The position numbers and the translations under genes were made by a program. Below are positions 50,701 to 61,441 of a stretch of 64,000 bases of DNA, in pieces. The stretch's first letter is position 1. Every line of letters begins with the position of its first letter. Below the pieces are notes generated by a model. It saw only the letters and a list, made by a program, of their open reading frames with translations, was not told the origin of the DNA and made no database searches. This DNA comes from Opitutaceae bacterium (GTDB taxonomy: Bacteria > Verrucomicrobiota > Verrucomicrobiia > Opitutales > Coraliomargaritaceae). The DNA lies in assembly GCA_051252375.1 (NCBI GenBank), contig JBPOFY010000001.1, positions 192,001 to 256,000 of the forward strand. The letters run 5' to 3'.

Positions 50701-52305
50701 TTAGTAAACCTGTGTGGCTTCTTCTTCAGGAACTGGAGTCTTGAGGAGATCAGAAGTCATTTGCGCACGGAAGCGTGAGTCGCCTTCGGAGACGGCTTCT
50801 GCAACAACGCGGAACTCGATGATCTGTTTAGCCCTCAGCACTGGGTAATCAGCGAAGTTTACATTGTTTCCAGAGATAGTGCCCTTTGTGTCACCAGCTG
50901 CAGATACAACCTTGAGACCAGCTGGAAGTTGAACCTTAAGTCCAACGTTTGTATCCTGTGCTGTTCCTTGGTTAGTGATTTGGATCACGTATGTAGTTTG
51001 CTCGCCGATAAGAAGAGGATCTTCTGTGTCGATAACTTCGATGAGAAGTGCTGGGTAGCCGCGCCATTCGGTGCAAGCATCATCAGAACCGCTCAAGCCG
51101 TAAGCTGCAGAGTTTGCGCTAACTTGGTTGCAGTATGTGCCTTCTTGGAGACCGAGAACAGTAAGCTTGAAGCTCTTGGATTCACCAGCAGCGAGGCTAG
51201 TTGTCCATGTAGCAGTGTTACCGTTGATCTGTGCACCAGGAGCAGTGAGCAACTTGTTTTGTGCAGGAACATTGTCTGTAACGACAACGTCTGTAAGTGG
51301 CACATCACCAGTGTTGGTTGCTGTGATAGTGTAAGAAGCTTGCTTACCAACGAATTGCATTGGTGTGCCTTCCTTAACAACATCAAGACCAGCTTCCACA
51401 ACCTTTACACAAGCGTCGTCAGAAACGGAACCGGCGTTAGAGGAATCAGCTTTAGCAACGTTGCAATGCTCACCAGTTGCAGCAGCAGTGGTGTTAACTG
51501 TTACGTCACGGCTTTCACCCGGAGCGAGTGTGCCAATGTTTGTTGTAAGAGTGCTGTTACCGCTCTCATGAGCAACACCTGCTGGAAGTGTGTCTGTAAG
51601 AACTACATCGTATGCACAGAAGTTACCAACGTTGGTCACTGTGATGTTCCAAGGAACACCAGCACCAAGAAGAACTTGTGGGTTTGGAGTAGTCTTTACG
51701 ATAGCAAGCTCAGGAACACCAACAGATGTTGTTGTGCAAGCTTCTGGATATGCAACAACTGTAGCACAGTTGCTGAAGTCAGCTGCTTTATTTGCCTTAA
51801 CGACAAGCTCAAGCGGAGTTGTGGAACCCTTCTCTACGTTGTAGAGTGTCCATGTAACTGTGCTGCCTTTTACTTCAGCTGCAGGATTACTGGAAACATA
51901 AGTTGTGCCAGCAGGAATTTGCTCTTCAACAACGATCTTCTTCGCTTTTTCCTTAGCTGTAACTGTGTAGTTGTAGCTGAAAGGAGTGTTAAGCGCGACC
52001 ATTGCTGGTGCAGACTTATCAAGGCGAACGAGTGACTTGTTTACGTAGTCAGTGACAACGCCAGAATCGCAATCAGCAACAGGTGCTGGAGCAACTTTTT
52101 TAGGAGCTGGTGCTGGCTTATCCTTGTTATAGTCATGGATGTGGCGGTTACCAGATGGAGTCTTCAAGTTGAAGACTGTTGTATCAGGAGAATCTGACAC
52201 AGTGAAATTCTTGCCAGCATCGACTGCAGCGAAAAGCTGAGTGGCCGAGAGGGCTAAGAATCCTACCAATGCAGAAGCTCCAAGGAACTTTTTCATTATA
52301 TTCAT
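50701..52305 (-). CDS. Secreted DUF11-repeat protein resembling chlamydial OmcB
   Basis: Signal peptide; four Ig-like DUF11-type repeats (e.g. ITVTNVG...VVLTDTLPAG); C-terminus WRGYPALLIEVIDTEDP...GEQTTY.I.ITNQG...DTNV. Confidence 0.8.
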   Translation of the reverse strand: MNIMKKFLGASALVGFLALSATQLFAAVDAGKNFTVSDSPDTTVFNLKTPSGNRHIHDYNKDKPAPAPKKVAPAPVADCDSGVVTDYVNKSLVRLDKSAPAMVALNTPFSYNYTVTAKEKAKKIVVEEQIPAGTTYVSSNPAAEVKGSTVTWTLYNVEKGSTTPLELVVKANKAADFSNCATVVAYPEACTTTSVGVPELAIVKTTPNPQVLLGAGVPWNITVTNVGNFCAYDVVLTDTLPAGVAHESGNSTLTTNIGTLAPGESRDVTVNTTAAATGEHCNVAKADSSNAGSVSDDACVKVVEAGLDVVKEGTPMQFVGKQASYTITATNTGDVPLTDVVVTDNVPAQNKLLTAPGAQINGNTATWTTSLAAGESKSFKLTVLGLQEGTYCNQVSANSAAYGLSGSDDACTEWRGYPALLIEVIDTEDPLLIGEQTTYVIQITNQGTAQDTNVGLKVQLPAGLKVVSAAGDTKGTISGNNVNFADYPVLRAKQIIEFRVVAEAVSEGDSRFRAQMTSDLLKTPVPEEEATQVY

Positions 52306-52507
52306 ATTATTGTGTGTGTGGTTACTTTGTATGTGAAGCGAACGGCGCGTCCGCGCATCTCAAATTTAAAGATGAACTAAACACCTTAGCACAGAATAAC
52401 GGTAAATCGAGTAAAAATATTATTTAAACTCCATAAGATGTGCTAACTGGAGCAACTTCCTATAGTCATACTGCTTCTTCAGGACTTGCAGCACATACGC
52501 CAAATAC

Positions 52508-52543
52508 AAAAAGAAAAGCACGCCCCCAGAGGAGACGTGCTTT
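52508..52543 (-). terminator. Intrinsic terminator of sdhCAB
   Basis: Minus strand: AAAGCACGTCTCC-tct-GGGGGCGTGCTTT-TCTTTTT. Confidence 0.8.
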
Positions 52544-52549
52544 GAGGGA

Positions 52550-52593
52550 AAGTCCTCTTCTACGCAGCTATAAGTCCTCTTCTACGCAGCTAT
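52550..52593. repeat. Exact 22-bp tandem duplication
   Basis: AAGTCCTCTTCTACGCAGCTAT twice; the second copy contains the sdhB stop codon. Confidence 0.95.
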
Positions 52594-53363
52594 AGTACTG
52601 GCTGAAAGAAGTTTTTCACCTGAGCCACCGCATAATCGCGATTCAGTTGCGCAATCATGTCGAGGGGGATGCCTTTCGGGCAAGCTGCCTCACATTCACC
52701 GATATTGGTGCAACCACCGAAACCTTCGCCATCCATAGTCGTGACCATGGCTAGTGAGCGGCGATCTTTTTCCGCCTTACCCTGAGGTAAGCTATTCATG
52801 TGGGAAACTTTGGCAGCCGTAAAGAGCATCGCAGAAGCATTTGGGCATGCAGCGACGCATGCGCCGCAACCGATACATGCCGCAGCATCCATCGCATAGT
52901 CTGCAGTCTGCTTATCGATCGGCATGGCATTTGCATCCACCGCGCTACCTGCACGACCGGTAATAAAGCCACCCGCTTGGATGATCTTATCCATCGGTGT
53001 GCGATCGACAATGAGGTCTTTAAGCACGGGAAATGGCTTTGCGCGCCATGGCTCGATCGTGATGGTTTGACCATCGTGGAAGTGGCGCATGTGCAACTGG
53101 CAAGCGGTCGTGCCCTGCTCTGGTCCGTGCGGCATACCGTTGATCGTCATCGAACACATGCCGCAAATACCTTCGCGACAGTCGTGGTCGAAGGCGACTG
53201 GCTCGTGGCCATCGGCAACGAGTTGCTCGGAAAGAATGTCGAGCATCTCAAGGAATGAGGAATCCTCGGAGATGTCGGCCAACTGGTAAGTTTCGAATTT
53301 ACCAACTGATAGGCGATTCTTCTGGCGCCAAATGCGAAGAGTGAGATTCATTGTTTTTTCCAT
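52590..53363 (-). CDS. sdhB: Succinate dehydrogenase/fumarate reductase iron-sulfur subunit
   Basis: [33 protein letters not shown]. Confidence 0.95.
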   Translation of the reverse strand: MEKTMNLTLRIWRQKNRLSVGKFETYQLADISEDSSFLEMLDILSEQLVADGHEPVAFDHDCREGICGMCSMTINGMPHGPEQGTTACQLHMRHFHDGQTITIEPWRAKPFPVLKDLIVDRTPMDKIIQAGGFITGRAGSAVDANAMPIDKQTADYAMDAAACIGCGACVAACPNASAMLFTAAKVSHMNSLPQGKAEKDRRSLAMVTTMDGEGFGGCTNIGECEAACPKGIPLDMIAQLNRDYAVAQVKNFFQPVL

Positions 53364-53380
53364 CGTTCGAATTGGTTGGC

Positions 53381-55324
53381 TTATTTGTAACTACGGGTGG
53401 CTAGCTTAATGTTTTCGTAAACGAGCGGCTCCTTATGCAAGGCCGGTTCGGCGTCATCGCCCTCGTATCCCCAGACACCCACGAAGGCGTATTTCTCGTC
53501 GTCGCGCATCGCCTCGCCGTCCTCGGTTTGGTGCTCCGCACGGAAGTGACCACCGCAAGACTCTTCACGCATAAGCGCGTCGCGACAGAGGATCTCGCCA
53601 AACTCCAGGAAGTCAGCAACGCGACCAGCACGCTCAAGCTCTGGATTAATACTATCGGCATCACCTAAGACCTTAACGTTGGACCAAAACTCTTTGCGCA
53701 ACTCTTGGATCTCTTGGATCGCTTCCTTTAGGCCTGCATCCGTGCGAGACATTCCGCACTTTTCCCACATAATGTTACCGAGGCGCTTGTGGAAAGATCG
53801 AGGCGATTCAGTGCCATTAATAGTAAGTAGTTTATCGATACGCCCCTTCACGTCAGCTTCGACCTCGGCGAATGCGGGGTGATCGGTCGTGACTTGACCT
53901 GCAGCAGCGACGCCTTGTTCACCTAGGTAGTTGCCCACCGTGTAAGGCAGCACGAAATAACCGTCGGCAAGACCTTGCATCAGCGCGGAAGCACCGAGAC
54001 GGTTTGCGCCGTGGTCAGAGAAGTTCGCTTCACCGCCGACAAACATGCCGGGGATGGTGGACTGCAAATTGTAATCCACCCATAGACCACCCATAGTGTA
54101 GTGCACCGCTGGGAAGATCATCATGGGAGTCTCATATGGATTGTCGCCTGTGATGCATTGATACATATCGAAGAGGTTACCATAACGCTCCTCAATAGTA
54201 TGCTTACCATCGCGCTTGATCGCGTCACGGAAGTCAAGGAAGACGCCGAGACCAGTGGTCGCCACACCGCGACCATCGTCACAAGCTTCTTTAGCTGCTC
54301 GGGAGGAAATGTCGCGGGGAGCCAAGTTACCAAAGCTCGGATACTTGCGCTCTAAGTAATAATCGCGCTCTTCTTCAGGCACGTCATTCGGATTGAGCTT
54401 ACCTTCACGAATCTTTTTCGCAGTCTCTTTATCCGTAGGTGCCCAAACTCGACCATCATTACGAAGCGACTCAGACATCAAAGTAAGTTTTGACTGCTTA
54501 TCACCGTGAACAGGTATACAAGTTGGGTGGATCTGTGTGTAGCAAGGATTCGCCATGCCAGCACCGCGCTTGTAGGCTCGGTGGGCGGCGGTAACATTAC
54601 AACCCTGTGCATTCGTTGAGAGGAAGAAAACATTTCCATAACCACCAGTCGCCATGACAACACAGTCACCGGCATGGCGTGAAACCTCACCGCTTACCAT
54701 ATTACGAACGATGATCCCCTTGGCATGGCCGTCGACTTTCACCACATCGAGCATTTCGTGACGGTTATACATCTTTACCTTACCTAGACCGATCTGCTTG
54801 CTCAATGCGGAGTATGCACCGAGTAGCAATTGTTGTCCGGTTTGACCGCGAGCATAGAATGTGCGCGAAACCTGTGCGCCACCGAACGAACGGTTGGCTA
54901 AGTAGCCGCCGTATTCACGAGCAAAAGGCACGCCTTGCGCCACACATTGGTCGATAATGTCGGCGCTGACCTCAGCCAAGCGATAGACGTTGGCTTCACG
55001 AGCGCGGTAGTCACCACCTTTTACGGTGTCGTAGAAAAGACGCTGAACACTGTCGCCGTCGTTTTGATAATTTTTCGCAGCATTGATACCGCCTTGAGCG
55101 GCGATACTGTGCGCACGACGCGGGCTATCTTGGTAGCAAAAACAAGAGACGTTGTATCCCTGTTCTGCCAGACTCGCAGCGGCGGCACCGCCGGCCAAGC
55201 CTGAGCCAACAACTATGACGTGGTATTTGCGACGATTGGCCGGGTTGACCAATTTCATCTTAAATTTGTGCGATGACCACTTTTCCGAGAGCGGTCCTTC
55301 TGGAATTTTTGAATCAAGATTCAT
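53381..55324 (-). CDS. sdhA: Succinate dehydrogenase/fumarate reductase flavoprotein subunit
   Basis: [45 protein letters not shown]. Confidence 0.96.
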   Translation of the reverse strand: MNLDSKIPEGPLSEKWSSHKFKMKLVNPANRRKYHVIVVGSGLAGGAAAASLAEQGYNVSCFCYQDSPRRAHSIAAQGGINAAKNYQNDGDSVQRLFYDTVKGGDYRAREANVYRLAEVSADIIDQCVAQGVPFAREYGGYLANRSFGGAQVSRTFYARGQTGQQLLLGAYSALSKQIGLGKVKMYNRHEMLDVVKVDGHAKGIIVRNMVSGEVSRHAGDCVVMATGGYGNVFFLSTNAQGCNVTAAHRAYKRGAGMANPCYTQIHPTCIPVHGDKQSKLTLMSESLRNDGRVWAPTDKETAKKIREGKLNPNDVPEEERDYYLERKYPSFGNLAPRDISSRAAKEACDDGRGVATTGLGVFLDFRDAIKRDGKHTIEERYGNLFDMYQCITGDNPYETPMMIFPAVHYTMGGLWVDYNLQSTIPGMFVGGEANFSDHGANRLGASALMQGLADGYFVLPYTVGNYLGEQGVAAAGQVTTDHPAFAEVEADVKGRIDKLLTINGTESPRSFHKRLGNIMWEKCGMSRTDAGLKEAIQEIQELRKEFWSNVKVLGDADSINPELERAGRVADFLEFGEILCRDALMREESCGGHFRAEHQTEDGEAMRDDEKYAFVGVWGYEGDDAEPALHKEPLVYENIKLATRSYK

Positions 55325-55336
55325 AGTTGTTCGGTC

Positions 55337-56143
55337 CTATTTGTGAAGTGTTTCAGTGATCGCTGCGACGGGCTCTGGTAAGCCTCCGGAGGGGTCCTCC
55401 TTCAATATCCCGGCGAGACAAGCCACGGGGATAACGGCAAAACCAAGGAAAATCACCCAAGCATAGAGAACCGCAAGGCAGTCCAAGCGCTTACGCCAAA
55501 GCGTGTTACGCAGCCCCACACTCTGGAACATGCTGCTGAAGCCGTGCGAAAGGTGCAGGCAAAGCAAACCTGTCGCGATGATGTAAAATGCAGATACCCA
55601 CCAGATCTGGAAACCGTCAACCATCATGTCATTGACGTTAAATGTCATGATCGGCTCGCCCTCTTTAACCACTACATGCCCATGCTTAACCAAAGGCACT
55701 TCGTTAGGCGACAACACCGAAGCGTCACCGTATTCCATCGATGGCACCACTCGTGCCGTGTAGTGCGCGATATGAAAAAGGATAAACGCGAGAACGATGA
55801 TACCGCTCATGCGCATCGTGCGAGCACCGTAAGATGATTGAATCGACTTCTTCACATCATAGCCCTGCGGGCGCGCCTTTCGATTATCGAGGGTCAACGA
55901 AATCGCTGTCAAAATATGCACGGCCACCGTTCCCAATAAGAAGAGACGAATCCCCCAGAGTGCAGAAGCGGGCAACAAATGGTGCAGCTTATAGGCATAC
56001 GCGTTGATCACGTCGGCCCCGAGAAATATTTGAAGGTTACCCAGCATATGCCCGAGCACGAAAAGCACGAGAACGAGGCCGGATAGAGCCATGAGAATCT
56101 TCCGCCCGATGGTGGACTTAAAAAAGCAACACAGTGAACACAT
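55337..56143 (-). CDS. sdhC: Succinate dehydrogenase cytochrome b558 subunit
   Basis: STIGRKILMALSG, His ligands (GHM, VHI, FHI, LHLSHG); upstream of sdhA. Confidence 0.92.
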   Translation of the reverse strand: MCSLCCFFKSTIGRKILMALSGLVLVLFVLGHMLGNLQIFLGADVINAYAYKLHHLLPASALWGIRLFLLGTVAVHILTAISLTLDNRKARPQGYDVKKSIQSSYGARTMRMSGIIVLAFILFHIAHYTARVVPSMEYGDASVLSPNEVPLVKHGHVVVKEGEPIMTFNVNDMMVDGFQIWWVSAFYIIATGLLCLHLSHGFSSMFQSVGLRNTLWRKRLDCLAVLYAWVIFLGFAVIPVACLAGILKEDPSGGLPEPVAAITETLHK

Positions 56144-56405
56144 AATCTTATTAATTGGAGAGAATTACAGCTACGGTAAGCACCGACCTTTTCAAACAAC
56201 TAGGGATTTGCAACACATCTATAAGTGTAGCGAATAGATGTTATAAGAAGAGCATACCCCAACCGTCGAGCAGTCGAAATCATTTCCATCCGTTGATACG
56301 GTCACCGAATCTTTTGTCCATCTTAAAATTAAAAAAACTTATTCTCGCTTAGATTAAAAACAGTTTAGCTAATTCGTCGTGTTTTAAATCACACTTTCTT
56401 TTTAA

Positions 56406-58100
<1,695 letters not shown>

Positions 58101-58103
58101 ACG

Positions 58104-58739
58104 ATGCGACGAGCGCTGCCAGTTCTTCTACTCGCCGCCTTCATGGTCGCAGGTTGTAGCACGACTCGGCGACCTGGTCTTTACCTCAGCCACTTCGACC
58201 TTCGAGAGCCGACGGTAAAAGACTTCGACGTCTGCGCATCATCTGGGTGTCGCACAATTTCCAAGCTGAGCTACAGCGACGAAGAATGGCAAAGTATCCG
58301 CAGTCTCTTCGAGCCCGCACCAACCACACCAGCCGCTGAGCGCGAGCGCCTCATCCTAGCCATCGCAGCGATGGAAACGATCATCGGCGAAAAAAACGGC
58401 ACCTCTGCTGACAACATGAAGAACGACCGCCGCGTCGTCACTGGCCCGCAACTCGACTGCATCGCCGAAGCCGCCAACACCACCGTTGCGCTCATCCTTC
58501 TCGATAAGGAAGACCTCATCCGCCATCACCGAGTCGGCTATCCGCAACACCGCGGCTTCACTCGGCTGCGCCTCCCGCACAATACCGCATCACTTTTTGA
58601 CAACGAAACTGGAGACCACTACGTCCTCGACTCTTGGTTCTACGCCAACGGCGAACCTCCCGTCTGCGTCCCCGTCTCCGATTGGAAAGCTGGATACGAT
58701 CCGCATAAGGAAAAGTGGCAGCGGGGAGAGGACATCTAG
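58104..58739 (+). CDS. Putative lipoprotein, possibly with a Cys-His-Asp triad
   Basis: Lipobox VAGC; QLDCIAEAAN...PHNTA...VLDSWF. Confidence 0.7.
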   Translation: MRRALPVLLLAAFMVAGCSTTRRPGLYLSHFDLREPTVKDFDVCASSGCRTISKLSYSDEEWQSIRSLFEPAPTTPAAERERLILAIAAMETIIGEKNGTSADNMKNDRRVVTGPQLDCIAEAANTTVALILLDKEDLIRHHRVGYPQHRGFTRLRLPHNTASLFDNETGDHYVLDSWFYANGEPPVCVPVSDWKAGYDPHKEKWQRGEDI

Positions 58740-58752
58740 CTAATTAAAAACT

Positions 58753-58842
58753 TGGAGGGACGCGTTTCTACGCGTCCGCTTCGTTGTAAGCCATTTTTCC
58801 GTGACGACGAGACGCGGCGGACGCGTGAAACGCGTCCCTCCA
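58753..58842. repeat. Pair of inverted REP-like palindromes
   Basis: Plus strand TGGAG-GGACGCG-TTTCTA-CGCGTCC; minus strand TGGAG-GGACGCG-TTTCA-CGCGTCC. Confidence 0.88.
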
Positions 58843-58909
58843 GCCCCATCACAACTCAACCCCTCCCTTCCCATTTGATTTTAACTACACCTGTGCTACC
58901 GTGCCCCTC

Positions 58910-59443
58910 ATGAATCACTACGATTACCAATCACGCCTCAAAGCAATCTGGCTCGAAGCCACTGAAAAATACGAGGGCGGCAACCGCCAGCCCGACAGCT
59001 ACTTCGACGAAGCCACTCTCGCGGAACTTGCCTCCGTCGGTCTCAACACGATGGATGTCTACGACTATGTCGAAGACTGCATCAGCGGAGGCGAACCCGA
59101 TTTCGAAACCTTTGTCATGATTTGCGAAGCGCGCCGTGACTACTTTATCACTATTCAGGAAGGCAAAGCTTCAGACCAAACGCTCGATTCCTCAACGCTG
59201 CCCGCGAAGGACCTTGAAGTAAACGGCATCGTCTGGCTCCCGCGCATCATGCCTAAAACCTTTGCAAAGCTCCGTGGCGAGCTCCCTCCAGAAACAATGT
59301 ATGGCTGCGGTGGCGACCGCCGCTTCTTCAAAGCCAACAACATTCATCCCGCCGAATTCCTCCGCGTCGCATGGGCCTACGAAGACGAGCCCCAAAAGAT
59401 CATCAAATGGGTCGAAGCACGCAGAAACGAAAGTCCTGCTTGA
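58910..59443 (+). CDS. DUF5069-like protein
   Basis: GIVWLPRIMPK...LRGEL...YGCGGDRRFF...I.PAEF pattern. Confidence 0.65.
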   Translation: MNHYDYQSRLKAIWLEATEKYEGGNRQPDSYFDEATLAELASVGLNTMDVYDYVEDCISGGEPDFETFVMICEARRDYFITIQEGKASDQTLDSSTLPAKDLEVNGIVWLPRIMPKTFAKLRGELPPETMYGCGGDRRFFKANNIHPAEFLRVAWAYEDEPQKIIKWVEARRNESPA

Positions 59444-59470
59444 TCTTATTGCCAGATCGGTAATTTTCAG

Positions 59471-59502
59471 AAGTCCGCCAGCGAACGCTCGGCGGACTTT
59501 TT
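59471..59502 (+). terminator. Terminator-like hairpin immediately before trpC
   Basis: AAGTCCGCC-agcgaacgctc-GGCGGACTT-TTT. Confidence 0.7.
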
Positions 59503-59505
59503 CTT

Positions 59506-60303
59506 ATGGATAAACTAGCTGAAATCATGGCCGCTAAGCGGCATGCCCTGCGCAACTCGATTCGCCCCGTCCGCGATTCCGAGCTCGAACGCTTAAGCCG
59601 TATGCAAAAGCAAGGCGGTAGTTTCTTGAAAGCCCTCGCACGCAAGGACCGTCTTTCCGTCATCGCAGAGATCAAACGCAAGTCGCCCTCCGCTGGCGAA
59701 ATTACTGCCGCCGACCTCGATGCCGTCGAACAAGCCCGCAAATACGTCAACGCCGAGGCCGACTGCTTTTCCGTCCTCACCGATACCGACTATTTCGGTG
59801 GCACCCTTCAAGATCTTTGGGACGTCGTCGAATTCCTCGAAGTCCATGAGCGCAAGACCCCTTGCTTACGCAAGGACTTCATGGTCCACCCAATTCAAGT
59901 CGTTGAAGCCGCCGAAGCCGGCGCCCGCGCCATCCTCATCATCGTGCGCGCGCTGGAAGACGACGAAATCAAAGCCCTCCGCGATGCCGCCGGCATAGCA
60001 GGTCTCGACGCTCTCTACGAAATCCACGAAGAGCGCGAGCTAGAGAAAGCCCTTAAGTTCGACCCGAAGATCCTCGGTGTAAACAACCGCGACCTCAAAC
60101 GCTTCAAGACCGATCTCGCTGTATCCGAATTATTGATACCGCAGATCCCCGACGGAATTGTCAAAGTCAGCGAAAGCGGCATCTTCGACCCGGAGGACGC
60201 CGAGCGCGCCCGCGCTTGTGGAGCCGACGCCATCCTAGTCGGCGAAGCCCTCATGCGCGCCGAAGATCCCGAAGGACTCGTTCAGGCGTTTCACAACGCC
60301 TGA
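59506..60303 (+). CDS. trpC: Indole-3-glycerol phosphate synthase
   Basis: IAEIKRKSPSAG, SVLTD, LRKDF, GVNNRDL, SESGI, LVGEALM. Confidence 0.97.
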   Translation: MDKLAEIMAAKRHALRNSIRPVRDSELERLSRMQKQGGSFLKALARKDRLSVIAEIKRKSPSAGEITAADLDAVEQARKYVNAEADCFSVLTDTDYFGGTLQDLWDVVEFLEVHERKTPCLRKDFMVHPIQVVEAAEAGARAILIIVRALEDDEIKALRDAAGIAGLDALYEIHEERELEKALKFDPKILGVNNRDLKRFKTDLAVSELLIPQIPDGIVKVSESGIFDPEDAERARACGADAILVGEALMRAEDPEGLVQAFHNA

Positions 60304-60306
60304 ACA

Positions 60307-60400
60307 AACGTCGAACATTGAACGTCCAACTTCCAATATTGAATAATTGCGGCTACTTGAACATTCGGCGTTCTACGTTGGACGTTGGACGTTGGACGTT
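60307..60400. repeat. Inverted pair of AACGTCC-type heptamer arrays
   Basis: Left arm 60307-60344 is five heptamers plus AAT; right arm 60363-60400 has the reverse-complement layout. Confidence 0.88.
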
Positions 60401-60414
60401 CTAGCGTAGCGATT

Positions 60415-61266
60415 ATGCCACTATCCCCCACAGCCACCCGCGAGCTCCTCAACCAATTGGAGCACTTTCCCAACAAAAAGCTGGGGCAGAACTTTCTCGT
60501 CGATGGCAATATCGTGCGCAAGTCGATCGACCTCGCCGAGATCGGCGAAGGCAGTCACGTCGTCGAAGTCGGTCCAGGTCTCGGCACACTCACCCGCGCC
60601 ATCCTAGCGACCGGCGCTGAACTTTGGGCAGTTGAACGCGACAGCACACTGTCCGAGCACCTCCGCAACAACGTCCTACCCGAGCAGCCACGCCTCCATC
60701 TCATTGAAGGCGACTGCCTCGACTATCCACGCGCCGAGCTGCCGGACGATAAAGCCGCACAAGGCTTTCGCATCGTTGCCAATCTGCCCTACGCGGTCTC
60801 CACTCCATGGATGGATGGCGTCCTTTCCGGCGAGCTTCCCGAGCGCATGGTGCTCATGCTCCAAAAAGAAGCCGGCGATCGCTACGCCGCCCCACACGGC
60901 AGCAAGACTTTTGGCGGCATTTCCATATTTCTACAATCAGCCTACGAAGTGCACAGCAAACACCTCGTCTCCGCGCAATGCTTCCACCCCGCGCCAAAGG
61001 TCGACTCCGTCCTGCTGCGACTAGACCGCAAGGCTGATGCCGTTCGCTTTTCACCCGCCGCTCGTGACTGCGTCCGCCGCATCTTCACCCAACGCCGCAA
61101 ACAACTCGGCGCTCTCTGCAAACGCGACCCACAACCCGAAGCAATCATCTGGTTTAAACAATTGATGGAGCAAGGCATCCTCCCGACCATCCGCCCCGAG
61201 GAACTCCCCCTCGAACACTGGCAAGCGCTTAGTAAAATGCTGACACACCAAAAACTAAAAAGCTGA
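60415..61266 (+). CDS. rsmA: 16S rRNA adenine dimethyltransferase
   Basis: KKLGQNFL, VEVGPGLG.LT, VANLPY, MLQKE, PAPKVDS. Confidence 0.96.
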   Translation: MPLSPTATRELLNQLEHFPNKKLGQNFLVDGNIVRKSIDLAEIGEGSHVVEVGPGLGTLTRAILATGAELWAVERDSTLSEHLRNNVLPEQPRLHLIEGDCLDYPRAELPDDKAAQGFRIVANLPYAVSTPWMDGVLSGELPERMVLMLQKEAGDRYAAPHGSKTFGGISIFLQSAYEVHSKHLVSAQCFHPAPKVDSVLLRLDRKADAVRFSPAARDCVRRIFTQRRKQLGALCKRDPQPEAIIWFKQLMEQGILPTIRPEELPLEHWQALSKMLTHQKLKS

Positions 61267-61330
61267 AATAGCTCTCATCTGATGCCACATCCAGCGTTCA
61301 GGGCATTTCCGTTTTTAATTTCAGCCTCAA

Positions 61331-61437
61331 AACCCCACAACCTCTCAACCTCTCAACCTCTCAACCTCTCAACCTCACAACCTCCCAACCTCTCAACCTC
61401 TCAACCTCACAACCTCACAACCTCCCAACCTCCCAAC
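61331..61437 (+). repeat. Octamer tandem array AACCTC(T/A/C)C x12 plus one degenerate unit
   Basis: Counted directly at 61339-61434; ends just before the GTG at 61442. Confidence 0.95.
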
Positions 61438-61441
61438 ATAA

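Noticed and set aside
50929..52035. 368-aa plus-strand ORF antisense to the OmcB-like gene
   Set aside because: Shadow ORF explained by the codon bias of the real gene; no recognisable motifs.
52488..52504. Sigma-54-like GG-N10-GC (TTGGCGTATGTGCTGCA, minus strand) upstream of the OmcB-like gene
   Set aside because: Several mismatches to consensus; too weak without TSS data.
56378..56393. CRP-like site CGTGT-N6-TCACA between sdhC and pyrG
   Set aside because: Two mismatches in AT-rich DNA; not distinguishable from background.
61331..61437. Tandem array as a possible CRISPR
   Set aside because: 8-nt units with no unique spacers and no cas genes.
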